Origin: the human T2T-CHM13v2.0 reference genome, Homo sapiens
Length of the DNA stretch: 64,000 nucleotides
Reading direction: 5' to 3' (one strand)
Assembly: GCF_009914755.1 (NCBI RefSeq)
Contig: NC_060929.1
The translations under genes and the position numbers were made by a program. The notes beneath the pieces were generated by a model. That model saw only the letters and a list, made by a program, of their open reading frames with translations, was not told where the DNA came from and searched no databases. This document shows, one piece after another, positions 1 through 14,378 of this stretch. Position 1 is the stretch's first letter. The number at the start of each line of letters is the position of its first letter.

Positions 1-1300
1 CCTCGGAGATGACTCTTGTTTCTGGCTCTATTCTCTCACAAAAGGTTTTATTTGGGCATCAATATTTTCAGGAGGCCCAAGGGTTTCAGTCGACTTTCTT
101 GGAATGTTCATGTCAAGTACATCTGACTGTTCTTCAGTAGAGTCTCTGTAACAGGTTGGTCTGGCACCAAGAAAAGCTTCTCAAAAATTCACCCAACCAA
201 GAGGCAGGACAGTCAACACTGCAAGCCACGAGCTTTGGCCAGGATGAACACGATGGCAAACAAACTCTCCCACGGGGAAAAGAAAAACACTCATTTGGGA
301 TGTGACCAAAGGAAGGACCAGGGACTGAGAGCTCGAGCTTTTACCTCGTTGCACAGATCTCAGCCTTTTTAGATGGATTGCCGTGAGTTGCTGTTGGATA
401 CAATTTTTAAATTAAAAAATAACATAATCTGCTTCGATGATCCCATACCATGGTGTTTTCTAAGTTCAAATATTTCACTGAATAAAGTGCTTCAATTCTT
501 TTAGACATAAGCTCCCATTTTTCTGTTGTTTTTGCCAAATAGACAGATGGAAAGGATGTATTGTGCAAGAGTCTAGGATTGGGCACCACAGGGTAGAAAT
601 GATGAATCAAAGCTTACTGATTCTGTTTGGCTTTCTGTGGTGCATTTTGGCAGCCCTGTGTGGATGTGTCAGAGGCTGTCTGACCACGCGTGAGGCTCGT
701 TGATGGTGATAGGTTTCTATGTGTGACGCTAAAACGCCAGGAAAGAAAAGGATAGAAACTGCTAAACATGAGTGGAAATGAGTGAAATGGAAGGATGAAA
801 ATAAGAAAGGCAAAAAGGGGGTGAAAGAAAAAACAAAAATCCTGGTGAATTTAAGAAGGAATATAGGCATTTCTGAACTACCATGAGATGGATGAGATGG
901 AGTACAATTGTCATGTTAAATGAATCTTCTCCCAGTCATATACTCTGTGCTCCCCAGAGACCAGCTTTCTCCTTACTCCTCAATCCTCCTACTGTATACA
1001 GAACTAGTCAAGAAGACAGACTTGACCTGATACAGAGTGACATCTGCCATCACTTCTGATGTTTAGGTTCACAAGTGTGAAGAAGTAAAAGGCTGTGAAT
1101 TTCCCCAGGGTATTCTGTCTAGAGAATGTTCCCTCTGACATGGCTACATAACCTACAGATATAGGCTTCACCTGGAGAGAGGTGTGTCAACCCCCTCTTT
1201 CACTGTAAAGAATAAAGGGTTCACTATAAGAGAGGGTTAACAATTTTAATGTAAAAGCTAATGCAAAAAGGAAAAAGCAAGATTTAAAGTAACCAATGGC

Positions 1301-1525
1301 CTTGGTCAACACGGTAAAACCCCATCTCTACTAAAAATACAAAAATTATCCAGGCATGATAGTGTGGGCCTGTAGTCCTAGCTACTCAGGAGGCTGAGGC
1401 ATGAGAACTGCTTGAACGGGGGAGGTGGAGATTGCAGTGAGCTGAGATCTCACCACTGCACTCCAGCCTGGGTGACAGTGCAAGACTTTGTCTCAAAAAA
1501 AAAAAAAAAAAAAGGAAAAAAAAAA
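1301..1525 (+). mobile_element. 5'-truncated Alu (S-like)
   Basis: Starts mid-left arm; poly(A); flanking ccaatggc repeat. Confidence 0.88.
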
Positions 1526-1788
1526 ACCCAATGGCTAGGAGTATTTGTCACTTATCTCATTAGTCTACCCATACCGGTTATAATTCACCACGCATCCTGA
1601 TGAAACCTTTAGCTCTTTTCTCTCACCTGCCTTATTCCATGTGGAAGCCCAGGATTTGCTCATACTCCATATTTAAGTTTTAAACTCTCCAGCAGGATCA
1701 GTAGGAGGAGAAAGTCCTACCCTCCCTTCTCCTCCTCTCCCTCTTGGTGCTATTCCATCTTTTTTTCTTTTTTTAATAAGGCAGAAGC

Positions 1789-2099
1789 GGCTGGGCACAG
1801 TGGCTCACGCCTGTAATCCCAACACTTTGGGGGGCTGAGGCAGGTATGGATCACCTGAGGTCAGGAGTTCGAGACCAGCCTGGCCAACATGGTGAACCCC
1901 TATCTCTACTAAAAATACAAAAATTATCCAGGCATGGTGGCGGGCACCTGTAGTCTTAGCTACTCGGGAGGCTAAGGCAGGAGAATCGCTTGAACCCCGG
2001 GAGATGGAGGTTGCAAGTGAGCCGAGATCGCACCATTGCACTCCAGCCTGGGTGACAAGAGCAAAACTCCATCTCAAAAAAAAAAAAAAAAAAAAAAAA
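1789..2099 (+). mobile_element. AluS, full length
   Basis: Dimeric Alu, poly(A), TSD aggcagaagc. Confidence 0.95.
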
Positions 2100-3013
2100 G
2101 AGGCAGAAGCAGAAAAAAGAATTAGACCCCTGTGTGCACACTGGGCTTCCACACCACCCCTAGTCTCAAGGTTGCCACTTCCAATGGAAACAGCAATTCT
2201 GCCCTTGATTCTTTTACAAAGAAATAAAAAGCCTCACTGAAACCTCATCGTTCTGGTCGCCGACTCTTTGAAATGTGCACACAATGGACACTTAGTAGAG
2301 GATACCTTCAGCAAATGCCTTAACCTAGAATTTATACTGAATCGCTGCTGAAGAGCTACTTTTGAAAAAAGCTAATTTTCTTAAATCATACAATACTGTA
2401 TCCTAAAAACAATTAAACAGAAATCTACTGAGGTTTTGACACAGAGACCGAAAGTGGCTTCACCATAAAGCACCAAAGGCTCAACTCTGAATACGGAGTT
2501 AATGACCGGGTTGCCAGCATGAGCTACCCCTCGTCTGGCATGAATGGCACTGTGGTCCACTGTCCAGAAAGAGCTGATGTCTTCCTGGAAAGTAACTCTC
2601 TGGGGAGTTTCCATAATTGTCTTCAGAAAAAATGAAACACTGAAACTACCGTTTATTCTGCTGTCTCAACCTATTTCTTTTGCATAACTCATAAAATAAC
2701 TAAGCATTCAGGAAAGACATATGGGCAGGAAATAGGCCGATACACAAGTCCAGGCACCCATATCTATGTGGGACTATATTGCTGTAATGCAGTCATGAAA
2801 ATCTGCGGCGAGGGCCTGGACTTTCTGAACTCAATAAGCCCTCTGGGTAGGGGCTAACATTTCTACAAGGAGGTCCTCTCTGCAGTAAAAGTGGTTCGAT
2901 AATGTTACAATGTAATTCTGTATCACCTTTATTTCAGTCTGCCACAGAGAGAGCTACTTTTGGTGCAAGCTCCCACTGACTTCTTACAAGTGGATTAAAA
3001 TACGTGAAGCCTT

Positions 3014-3326
3014 GGCTGGGCACGGTGACTCATGCCTGTAATCCCAGCACTTTGGGAGGCCAAGAACGGCAGATCTCTTGAGCCCAGGAATTCAAGACCA
3101 GCCTGGGCAACAAGGCAAAACCCCGTCTCTACCAAAAATTCAAAAATTAGCCAGGCATGGTAGTGTGCGTCTATAGTCCCAACTACTTGGGAGGCTGAGG
3201 TGGGAGGATCCCTAGAACCTGGAAGGTCGAGGCTATAGTGAGAGGAGATGGCACCACTGCACTACAGTCTGAATGACAGAGTGAAAGCTCGTCTCAACAA
3301 TAACAACAACAACAACAACAAAAAAA

Positions 3327-3328
<2 letters not shown>
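3014..3328 (+). mobile_element. AluJ with (AAC)n tail
   Basis: ttgagcccagga and aggctatagtgag, J-type features. Confidence 0.9.

Positions 3329-3330
<2 letters not shown>

Positions 3331-3367
<37 letters not shown>
3331..3367. repeat. (CA)n microsatellite
   Basis: Direct reading. Confidence 0.95.
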
Positions 3368-3368
<1 letters not shown>

Positions 3369-3797
3369 TAAGCCTAATCTCTAACAACCTTTGCAACTCA
3401 TTATATAACGCCAATGGGAGACACATGCCCATATATTTTGGACCAAATACTATGGTGTAAATTAAGATCTCACTCCTGTAGAAATAATTCAGACTAGAGA
3501 AACCAGTATTTTATAAGAAAGTATTTTATAAAATTTTAGGCCAGATTTTGTACTTTGGTTGTAAGCATAATAAAATGTCCACATAACAGTAATAAACAAT
3601 GAATTTTCTAAGTAAATATAAACTTCAGTTCTAACCATAGAGTTTACTTTAGCTTGCCTAATATAGTGTTTTTTAGTTTCATGAATGAGATGAAATAAGA
3701 ACTTACTCTGTACCATTTTACAATAAAATTGTCCTAAAGTGCTAATACAGGGGCTTTCTATGCAACTTATTATTTTGCCATAGAAAAAAAGTTACTC

Positions 3798-4211
3798 TGA
3801 CACTTGTTAAAATGGTAAGGAAGACTTTATTTGGGACTATTGCAATAGGGGAAAGAGATGGAGCTCAACTCTGAATATAAGAACAAGGGAGAATGACAGC
3901 CAACAAGCAGAGTGAGAGGACTGCTGGATGGAAAACTACTAAGAGGAGACACCACAATTAGGGAGATTCTTACAAAACTCACCTAACAGGATTCTTGCTG
4001 AGGGCAGGCCAACGGCCCAACATCAAGGGTGGGGAAATGAGGAACTTGATCAATATTAAGGGTGATCAGATACCAAGGGTAGGAGGATTCCCACTAAACT
4101 GACTTGGAAGAATTCTTGCTAAAGGCAGACCAGGAGGGAGAGGCACAGAAGGTTAAGAAGAAGGCTCAGGGGAGCTTAACTAAAGTTTGGTAAAGGAGAG
4201 AATTTTTGTCA
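3798..4211 (-). mobile_element. ERV1 solo LTR, MER31/MER67-like
   Basis: TGACA...TGTCA termini. The minus strand begins tgacaaaaattctctcctttaccaaactttagttaagctcccctgagcc, resembling the MER31 start. Confidence 0.7.
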
Positions 4212-4242
4212 GTTTCTACCATAAGAAAAATTTAAGTTATTA

Positions 4243-4541
<299 letters not shown>

Positions 4542-5526
4542 TTTCAGTTATTAAACTTCAAAACATGCCAAGACCTTATTAAAGCCCGACATCATATAAA
4601 TGATACATGTGTGAGTTTGTAGATACATTCCAAGTTAATTCTGAGAACATGCCTCTATTACCAATCCCTTGAGGGTAATAATCTAGCAAAACTTCCCTCT
4701 CCAATCAACACTAATAAACCCAAAGGTCATAGCTTCTTCAAAATGAGGGCCATCTGGTTGACAACAACCGTTTAAATTGGCCAGGAAGACATAGTATGTT
4801 ATCATCTCACTTAGAATTACAGTAACAGCTCTTTTACTCTGAAAATGGAATGACATAAAATAGTTCGTATTCCAGATCGGAGGGAGGAAAATCCGATCAG
4901 ACAAAGACTCTGTGACATGTTCCGGTTATGAATTAACACTGACCGTTTTTGGTAATTATGGTTTATACTTGCTGTAAGGGCTTTGAAGCATTTGAAATGG
5001 CATTAATGTACCATCTTCACTGCCCATACTAAACCAAAACATAAACATTCACTAAGCACAACTTCCACATTTTCAGGGGAAAAAGCTTGATACAGTAAAA
5101 ACAGCCTTTGGCTGAAAAGTAGCCTGCTAACTAAAGAAAGCACTGTGACTATAACTGGAGTCTTTAATTTCTGCCGCATCCCATCCATGTGGCTATGGCA
5201 ACAGTAGAACCAGATAAATGAGCGAAAAAAAGGAATCCTTTACATTAAGGCCCTCTGATGTGGATTTTTAATTTCCTTCAGGAAATGACTAACATTAGAT
5301 CAGTGTTTGGGTTTTTCCTTTTTTTTCCCATAAAAATAAAGTTAAACCCTGCTATGGAACAGCATTTGATCTGTGCAAATAAACATCAGAAGGTTATATT
5401 TTCCAGACAGTTCTGTCAACATTTTCCTTTTCAAGATCTGACATTTAGTTTTCTGCAAAGGAACAGACATTTCACATGATCCCTTTCTTTCTCCTATCTG
5501 AAGCTGCAGTCAAGCCATTGATGGAC

Positions 5527-5826
5527 CCTGCTGTCCAATACAGCAACCTGGATAACATGTAGCTAGGAGCATTTGAAAAGTGCTAGTCTGAACTGTGATG
5601 TGCTGTATGTGTAAATACACACTGGATTTCCATGACTTAGTACAGAAAAAGAAGGAATATCTCAATAATAATTTTATTTTGATGACATACAGGAATAATA
5701 GTATTTGGATATACTGAGTTAAATATAGCACTAAAAATTTCAACTATTTATTTTTAATTTTTAAATAAGGCTACTAGAAAATTTTAAGTTATATATGTGG
5801 CTCACATTACTTCTGTTGGACAGCTG
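5527..5826. mobile_element. MER33/MER3-type hAT-Charlie non-autonomous DNA transposon
   Basis: Terminal inverted repeats gctgtccaata ... tgttggacagc with a characteristic internal sequence. Confidence 0.8.
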
Positions 5827-6193
5827 CATGAGACACTTCTTTGGAGGAGGCTGTTTTTCCTAGCCATCTGAACAGAATGAATATTTCACACTTCAGAAAT
5901 AGCACTACCAGCAGAATCACATAATGACCCTACATCGGGCCCATCTGCTCAAATAAGGATTCAATTCTGTTATGTAATCATTTTATTGTATATAAAATGG
6001 TAGTGGCCTTCATTTTTCATGACATAGAGCACACATTCAGAAGCAATGTTAACCACAATAGTAAAAACTCTGCCAATAAACAACAGAAATTTCACGACCA
6101 CAGATATTCAAATCCCAGAAATACACGAAAACCACATTTGTCCTTTTCTTATGCTCTAAGAACCTGCCATTAAACATTACTAATACCGTAATT

Positions 6194-6536
<343 letters not shown>

Positions 6537-7036
6537 TTATAACACTAAATAAAACCAAACATTCAACTACACTTCTGACATTTACTATATTTGTTGCAAT
6601 GGGAAAAGTGTGAACTTCAGTGTTTACTTGTAACAGTTCCATGAGTAGTCAGAAAGCCTAATATATACTATTTTATACCTATATTACAAGAAAATAAGTT
6701 TAGTTCATTTATTTTATTAGTCATAACTGCTTTGAACTGTGATTCACTTAAATATCAGTGTCTCTATCTCTCAGAATATCAGGAATAACAACAACAATTT
6801 TAAAATAAAAAGAACTTTTAAAAAGGAGAGATCCTGTTTATAAAATGAACAATTTGCAGTGGAAATGAACAATTTACAACATTGTATAGCAAGAAGGCAA
6901 TCATAGCATGGTGTGTGAGTGGGTGATCCTTCTAGAAATAATTCAGGAATTGAGAGACTGAGAGAGAAAAAGTGAGTATTTTCAAGCAAACTGGAGATCA
7001 AAACTCACAAATGACTTTCAAGTTCACAGCCTCTTA

Positions 7037-7486
<450 letters not shown>

Positions 7487-8482
7487 TCAGATAGCTGTGA
7501 CTGCAGACAAAAACCCATCTCCATGACATTTTATCTCCACAGCCATAGAGGCTGAAACAATCTGTTCCCAGCAGGGCCATCCTTCCTTGAAAGAAGGAAA
7601 AAAAATAGTCTCTGATGAAATGTAAATAGGAAAAAATTAAAAGTGATTTATTTTTCAGATTTTTTTGGAAAAAAAATTAGTCAAGTTAATCAAGCAGATC
7701 TAGCCTAGAAATGACATGTCTGCTGCATACGATGTATTCTCGTTTGAAAATAAAAACCAAAACTGGACTAGAAGCATAAAGGGCAACAACGGCTGGGTGA
7801 TTTTTTCCAATAATAGAGATATAAAAAAGCGGTTTCTTTTTTAATGTTAAAATTAAGTTGCATTTAAATTAGGAAGGAATGTTCATGGTCACGAATTCTA
7901 AAACACAACAGCTCAATGTCCCATAGAATCAAAGGGTACCCTCAATATTGGTTCATAGAATGCGAATAGCTGTATGTTAATCATAATACAAAATAAGAAG
8001 TAATTTCCAAACAGTACCAGTAATAAATAAAATGAACAGTTCTGCAGTTTGTGAGATCATTTCATCAGCTGACAGGAGCGACTGCCAACACTCCTGGTTC
8101 CCAAGGTGGTGCTGAGGTCCCAAGCCCAAAGTCCCTATTAAATTACCACTGTAACAGCCCAAGGAGTTAGCCCTGTTACTTCTATTTTCTGCCTGGCCCC
8201 TGACTTCTGCTTGGCCTGTCAGGGGGCATATCAGTAGCCTCCCACCTCCAACAGCTCTGGTTACACGCCCCAAAAGGTGAGCAATATCACTTTCTCAACT
8301 CAGTGAAAATAACTTTGAAGAACAAATGTGATAAAGAATATTCTAACTTTGCACAGTGGAAAATGCTTTGAGATCTAGAGGTAAAAGGCAAGAGATTATC
8401 ACCTGTTAGCAACAGACAGACGGATGGTCTAATTGTTCCCTATGTTTTTATAAAACTGAAACAAAACAGTGTGGAAAGAAAA

Positions 8483-8561
8483 AACAAATATTGAAAAATA
8501 GGTACTTTCCTCATTTGGCTTAGAACAAATATTGAGGAATAGGTGCTTTCCTCATTCAGCT
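8483..8561. repeat. 41-bp tandem duplication
   Basis: aacaaatattgaaaaataggtactttcctcatttggct / aacaaatattgaggaataggtgctttcctcattcagct. Confidence 0.9.
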
Positions 8562-8775
8562 ACCATTACCAAGATTTTTAAAAGACACATGAGGACTCAC
8601 AAAAACGACTGGGCAAATACCCAACTGCCTTGTGGCTTGGCCAAAAGTCTTTAAGGTACGCTGGTACACAGAAATTCTAACTACTCAGCTATTCCATGGC
8701 CTATCAAAACTCTTTCTACTACTATACATCTACAGCTTCTATCTGACATCTGTTTAAATATCTACTTCTTGGTGA

Positions 8776-9081
<306 letters not shown>

Positions 9082-9357
9082 TCAAGCCTTTTAATAAACA
9101 TATCTTAGTGCCTTAGAGGAACCTGAAATCTATCGAATTGATAAAGATGGCAATGAGCTGACTCATCTGAACTGATCGTGCAGAATCTCTTAAGAAAATA
9201 AGTGCCTAATCTTAACGTTGTCCGTGTACAGGGGCTCACAGAATTGTGCCTTCATCTTTTCTTTCTACAGTGCTATACGCAAAAAATTAAAACACAAGTA
9301 CCAGTGACATCATGTTATGTAACCTCCATAATTAAAATCTAGAGGTTAGGGTTAGAA

Positions 9358-9441
9358 CCCTCACTTGAATCTGCAGTTAGTATTAAAAACTAACTAAATA
9401 CAATCTATGATTAAAATACTAATTGCAGATCCAAGTAAGGG
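9358..9441 (-). ncRNA. MIR4637: MIR4637 precursor hairpin (intronic, same strand as ANKH)
   Basis: An 84-nt fold-back (ccctcacttgaatctgcagttagtatt ... aatactaattgcagatccaagtaaggg). The reverse complement of 9361-9382, UACUAACUGCAGAUUCAAGUGA, matches the recalled mature miR-4637, which is annotated within ANKH. Confidence 0.85.
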
Positions 9442-9904
9442 TCCTAACTAATTTTTCCAGGACGAACTAAACAGATATCACTGGTTAAGACATTAAAACC
9501 TCTTTTCCAGACTAACGCAATGTATGCATGGTTAACCTAATAACCATAGCATGTTTCTCTAAGCAAATAAGTTAAAGTAAACCAAAGGATAAAGTACACA
9601 TTGATGTGTGTTTTTCCATGCACATGTGTATTAGGTTTTCTTGACAAACCACCCAGCTCATGACAAATTAATGGGTGCTGTATTAGGTAGAATGAACACC
9701 TCATATGGGATTAAGTCTCAAGCTGTATATCTGGATTTGGTCTCCCAAAAAAGAAAACAGAGTTGGTGACTAAGTTATCTCTCTACCAAATCTTGTCAGA
9801 TTACAGATTAAAGGGACAGCGAAAAAGACCAACTAGCAGCTTTGTTCTTCCTGTTTGTGCTTCTTCATCAACTCATATTTGTCATTTGGATTCATGCCTT
9901 TTTG

Positions 9905-10060
9905 GTAATTCCATTTCTTCATCTATCAAATGGGGATAATTCTGGTACCTACTTCATAAAGGCTATGGTGGGAATTAATAAATTAATTCCATCTTATTAA
10001 ATAAGATCAAATAAGTATGTCAAGTTCTTGGTATTTTAGTACACAGCAAATGCTCCCTAC
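9905..10060 (+). mobile_element. MIR fragment
   Basis: Core-like tttcttcatctatcaaatggggataat..tacctacttcata. Confidence 0.6.
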
Positions 10061-10279
10061 ATGTTAGCTTTCATTATTTTATTCAGAAACAATAACACAG
10101 CTGAATTTCGGCATGAACACTGGAATTTGACTGTTGCATGCCAAGTAAGAGAGCAGATTTTCATATTAATTCTTAAAATTAAACTGAAAAATGTTTCTGC
10201 TTTAGAGTGAAACCATAAACCAAAGTCAAAACCATCGATTTGCTCTCCATATGTTCTGACTAACATCCATGTTCTTTTC

Positions 10280-10510
10280 TGCTTCCTGGGCCCCCAGCTA
10301 ACCTGCGTTTCCCACGTCCCTCTGCAGTTAGGTGGGGCCATGTGACCATTTCTGGCCAATGGAATGTGGGACTTTTGAGAGTGTGAGAATGTGGGAAGTC
10401 TGGTCTCCAAAAACTCCTGACCAAACCTCTTCCCTCACCTGCCAGCTACAGGCTGAAAGTCAGTGAAGAACTCAGAGGGCCTAGAATACAGCAGAACCAC
10501 TGTCTCCAAG
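10280..10510. mobile_element. MLT1-type MaLR LTR fragment
   Basis: Motif gcagttaggtggggccatgtgaccatttctggccaatggaatgtg typical of MLT1; boundaries approximate. Confidence 0.6.
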
Positions 10511-11638
10511 GAACCTCACCGACCTGGGCTAAGCAGCTGAGCGGTCACCACTGTGCGCTCTGGCAGTTCGCACACTCCAGTCCATGGCTTCTTCTTTCCG
10601 CGTGACTCTGACATACTCCTGTTAACAGTAACACCTAAGACTTTTACCAAGGGCCACTGCTCTAAGTACTGCATATACATCTTAGCTCTTTTAATTTTCT
10701 CAACAATCCTCTGAGCCAGGTATTTCTTACAGCTGAGGAAGGTAAAACAAACATTTTAAGTGATCTGCCTCAGGTGCACAGCCAAGGTAAGCTGATGAAC
10801 TGGGGCTGGATGCAAATAGCAGTCCAGCCAGCCCTAGAGTCCATATTCTCAGCTGCTAGTCTAGGCCTTTTAAAGATAAATGCACACATATGAGACATGC
10901 CGCTGTGGCATTATTCACCTGAGTGTTACGCAGGGTCAGTCCAGGCATAGTTGAGAAGAAGGCTGTGGCTGTCAATAAGGGATCCCCAAAGCCCCTGCTG
11001 CGGGCACATCCCATTTCCTTTGTTAACCAGGTATCTCATCAGGTAGCAGATAACTGGGTGTCTCATCATCTCCTTTGGCTTCCTAGTGCTTCCAACTTAA
11101 AGGATCCTCTCTGGGCATCACTAAGGTTTTTGGACCTTTGTTGTATTTCTCCTTATATCAAAACTGTTGTCCTAAGACCTATTTTTTTTGGGAGATTCTA
11201 CTCACTGAGTGCTGATAACTCAGTGATCTGATACATTGTATCAATGTTCTCTTTCTCTCAGATTATCTTTTATTTCAGAGGCCTTCAGGGACAATGCCAT
11301 AATCTGAAATGGTAACTTGATTGCCAACAGTTTGCAACATTCCCAGGTAGGTGTAGGAGCCATATCTGTTTGGATAAAGAAGAGTATTTGCATATCTCAG
11401 ATCATACCACGTGGGCACCTGTTCCGGCATAAGATAAATCACATCAATTACAGACAAACTAAAACATGTTGCTTTGTTTCTAGGCTGCGGCTACAACACT
11501 CTTATGTTAAGCACTACCATCTGCTTTATGCCATTCAGAAAAAGAAATCATGGTAATCTCACCACATGATGAGGAGTGTGTGACAGGTCAGCTTGGATGC
11601 CAGGCAAGGGTATTTCCTAACATTATAAACAAGCTTCT

Positions 11639-11988
11639 GGCTGGGAGTGGTGGCTCATGCCTGTAATCCCAGCACTTTGGGAGGCCGAGGCGGGCATATC
11701 ACTTAAAGTCAGGAGTTTGAGACCAGCCTGGCCAACATGGTGAAACCACATCTCTACTTAAAAACAAAAACAAACAAACAACAAAAACAACTATAAAAAT
11801 CAGCCAGGCATGGTGGTGGGTGCCTGGCGCCTGTAATCCCAGCTACTCAGGAGGCTGAGGCAGGAGAATTACTTGAACTCAGGAGGTGGAGGTTGCAGTG
11901 AGCTGAGATTGCACCACTGCACTCCCACCTGGGCAACAGAGACTCCGTCTCAAAAACAAACAAAAAAACAAACAAACAACAACAAAAA
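11639..11988 (+). mobile_element. AluS with expanded central A-rich linker
   Basis: Dimeric Alu; (AAAC)n linker and tail. Confidence 0.92.
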
Positions 11989-12333
11989 GTTTCCTCTTCT
12001 TTTCTTTTCTTTCTTCTTCTTTTTTTTAATACCATAATGCAGTTCTTTACGCCTATACCATGGAATGAAACCATCAGCAATATGTCTTCTAATAAGAATC
12101 TCACCACATGGAAAATTTACTTGTGAAAATATATTTAATGGCCTGGACTCTAGACATACAATTGGAAAATATCAGCTTATTAAAATAAAGCTCATCCCCT
12201 TGCACTATATCCAAATCAGAGGGAGAAGAACAAGCTAGAAAACAACTTTGCCCAAGTCATAGGTACATATCTTTAAGGTCTGAATTACTCAAGAGAATTT
12301 CTTACATGGTAACATTCAGAAGAAGCAATTTCT

Positions 12334-12638
<305 letters not shown>

Positions 12639-13939
12639 GCAATTTCAAAGCATGGACCTCTACTGCAGTTTTTGTTAATCTATGACTCTTACTGTCCATT
12701 GTAATGAAGAGTACAAGAGAATCCAGAAAGGCTTACCCAGAAATACTTATTTTGCTGTACAGATGCCTGAAGTCCCCCTGTTCTCCTTCTTCAAGCTTGA
12801 TGGTCAAATTTCTAGAATAATTCATCAAACAATCAAAAGCTGAATGTGCTACACAGTTAAGATTCAGCTTCTACTGAAAAATGTCAAAGTTCTACAAATA
12901 ATACAGGTTCTGAGATATGAAAGAAAAAAGTGTCAAATCTTTACTTTATAAATAAACTACCAAATGCTTAGGAAGAATGCATTTGGGCGAGTTGCCTGTT
13001 CTCGTGCAGCAAACCAACAGAAATGCCTGACATATGATCTAGAATTCACTTCTGCCAGGCTAGGGCTGCCCAACCACAACACATCTTGAGTGTCTTAAGA
13101 ATCAGTCTTTGAGAAAACCTCCTCACAAAATCATTACATAAAAAGATTTGTTGCACATTTCCTGCGTTTTATTTAGACAGGTACCTGAGACCAATATAAT
13201 CTGTCCTCCCCATCCTCAGGATAAATAGAAGACATAAAACATGAATACCTTCTGTGTTTTCATCAGTTTATAATCTCATAACTGAATAATAATTTCAGCA
13301 AGCAAAACATCCACCTAGCCTCTAAAATGACCATTCTCAATATTAGCAAATTAACCATTTCATATAAACCCAGGGAATTATCAATATTCTATTTCTGATT
13401 CTGGTTTTGCAATTTCTGGATTGGGCAAGAGGAAGAGTCACTTATCTTTTGTCTGTATGAGAGATGGAGGCATGAATTGATGTGAAGAAAGTCCAGTGTT
13501 TTACCTTGGAAAGCACCTCACTAGAGGATATACTAAAATCAGCACAACAGACTGAACACATACCTATGGACGACTACGAAGCAAGAATTTTTATGTGAAG
13601 GTAGTAAGCAAAATTGTTACATAGACGTCCTTCTGTGTATTTGAGGCTGCCTTTCAAAATCATCCTCTTTTATTCCTGGGCTCACTGGGCAGCCATATCA
13701 GATCGAGAAGACACTGCTGCGGCTTGCCCCGTGTTGAACTTACCTCCTGCCCAGTACACGCACCCACACAGGCTGGAATGACCGAAGGTGGCGACAGCAT
13801 GAGTAGGAGGTAATGAAAACGTGTCCAGTGCTGGGAAGAGTCCAAACCAAACACAGTCCTAGGCTGCAGTGGGGGAAGGAAGTGGCTGGAAAGTTATTCC
13901 CTGATGGCTTGGATATTTAAATATTGTGAGGTAGGGGGA

Positions 13940-13988
13940 GTGTGTGTGTGTGTGTGTGTGTGTGTGTCTGTGTGTGTGTGAGTGTGTG
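13940..13988. repeat. (TG)n microsatellite, interrupted
   Basis: Direct reading. Confidence 0.95.
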
Positions 13989-14270
13989 CAGACTTAGGAA
14001 TAAAAAACAACACTGCTAACTTAGAAAGTTAGAAAAATAATTTGGTCATAACTGAAAGAGAATAACAGCAAGTCCGACTAAGATAGCACGGAGCTGCTTG
14101 AGAGCTCCAGGCTGCAGCTCTATTTTGTATGTCTATTTTCCCAAACTGCCTCTCCACTGACCATTTTCCCAAGCACTGCCCAGAAAGGAATGTCACTGGC
14201 CCTACTGGTGAAACACTAAATCTGATTCACCACTTTACCCCCAACATCTAGTCTGGTTTTTGGCATCCAA

Positions 14271-14378
14271 AGGGCACCAACGGTCCTGCTTTGCCTGGGA
14301 CTCGCCTGGCTTCAGGACTGAGGGTCACAGCCCAGGAAACCCTTGGTCCCGGACAAACTGGGTCAGTTGGTCACTCTA
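14271..14378. mobile_element. MER81-like hAT-Blackjack MITE
   Basis: Palindromic: agggcaccaacggtcctgctttgcctgggac ... gtcccggacaaactgggtcagttggtcactcta. Confidence 0.7.
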
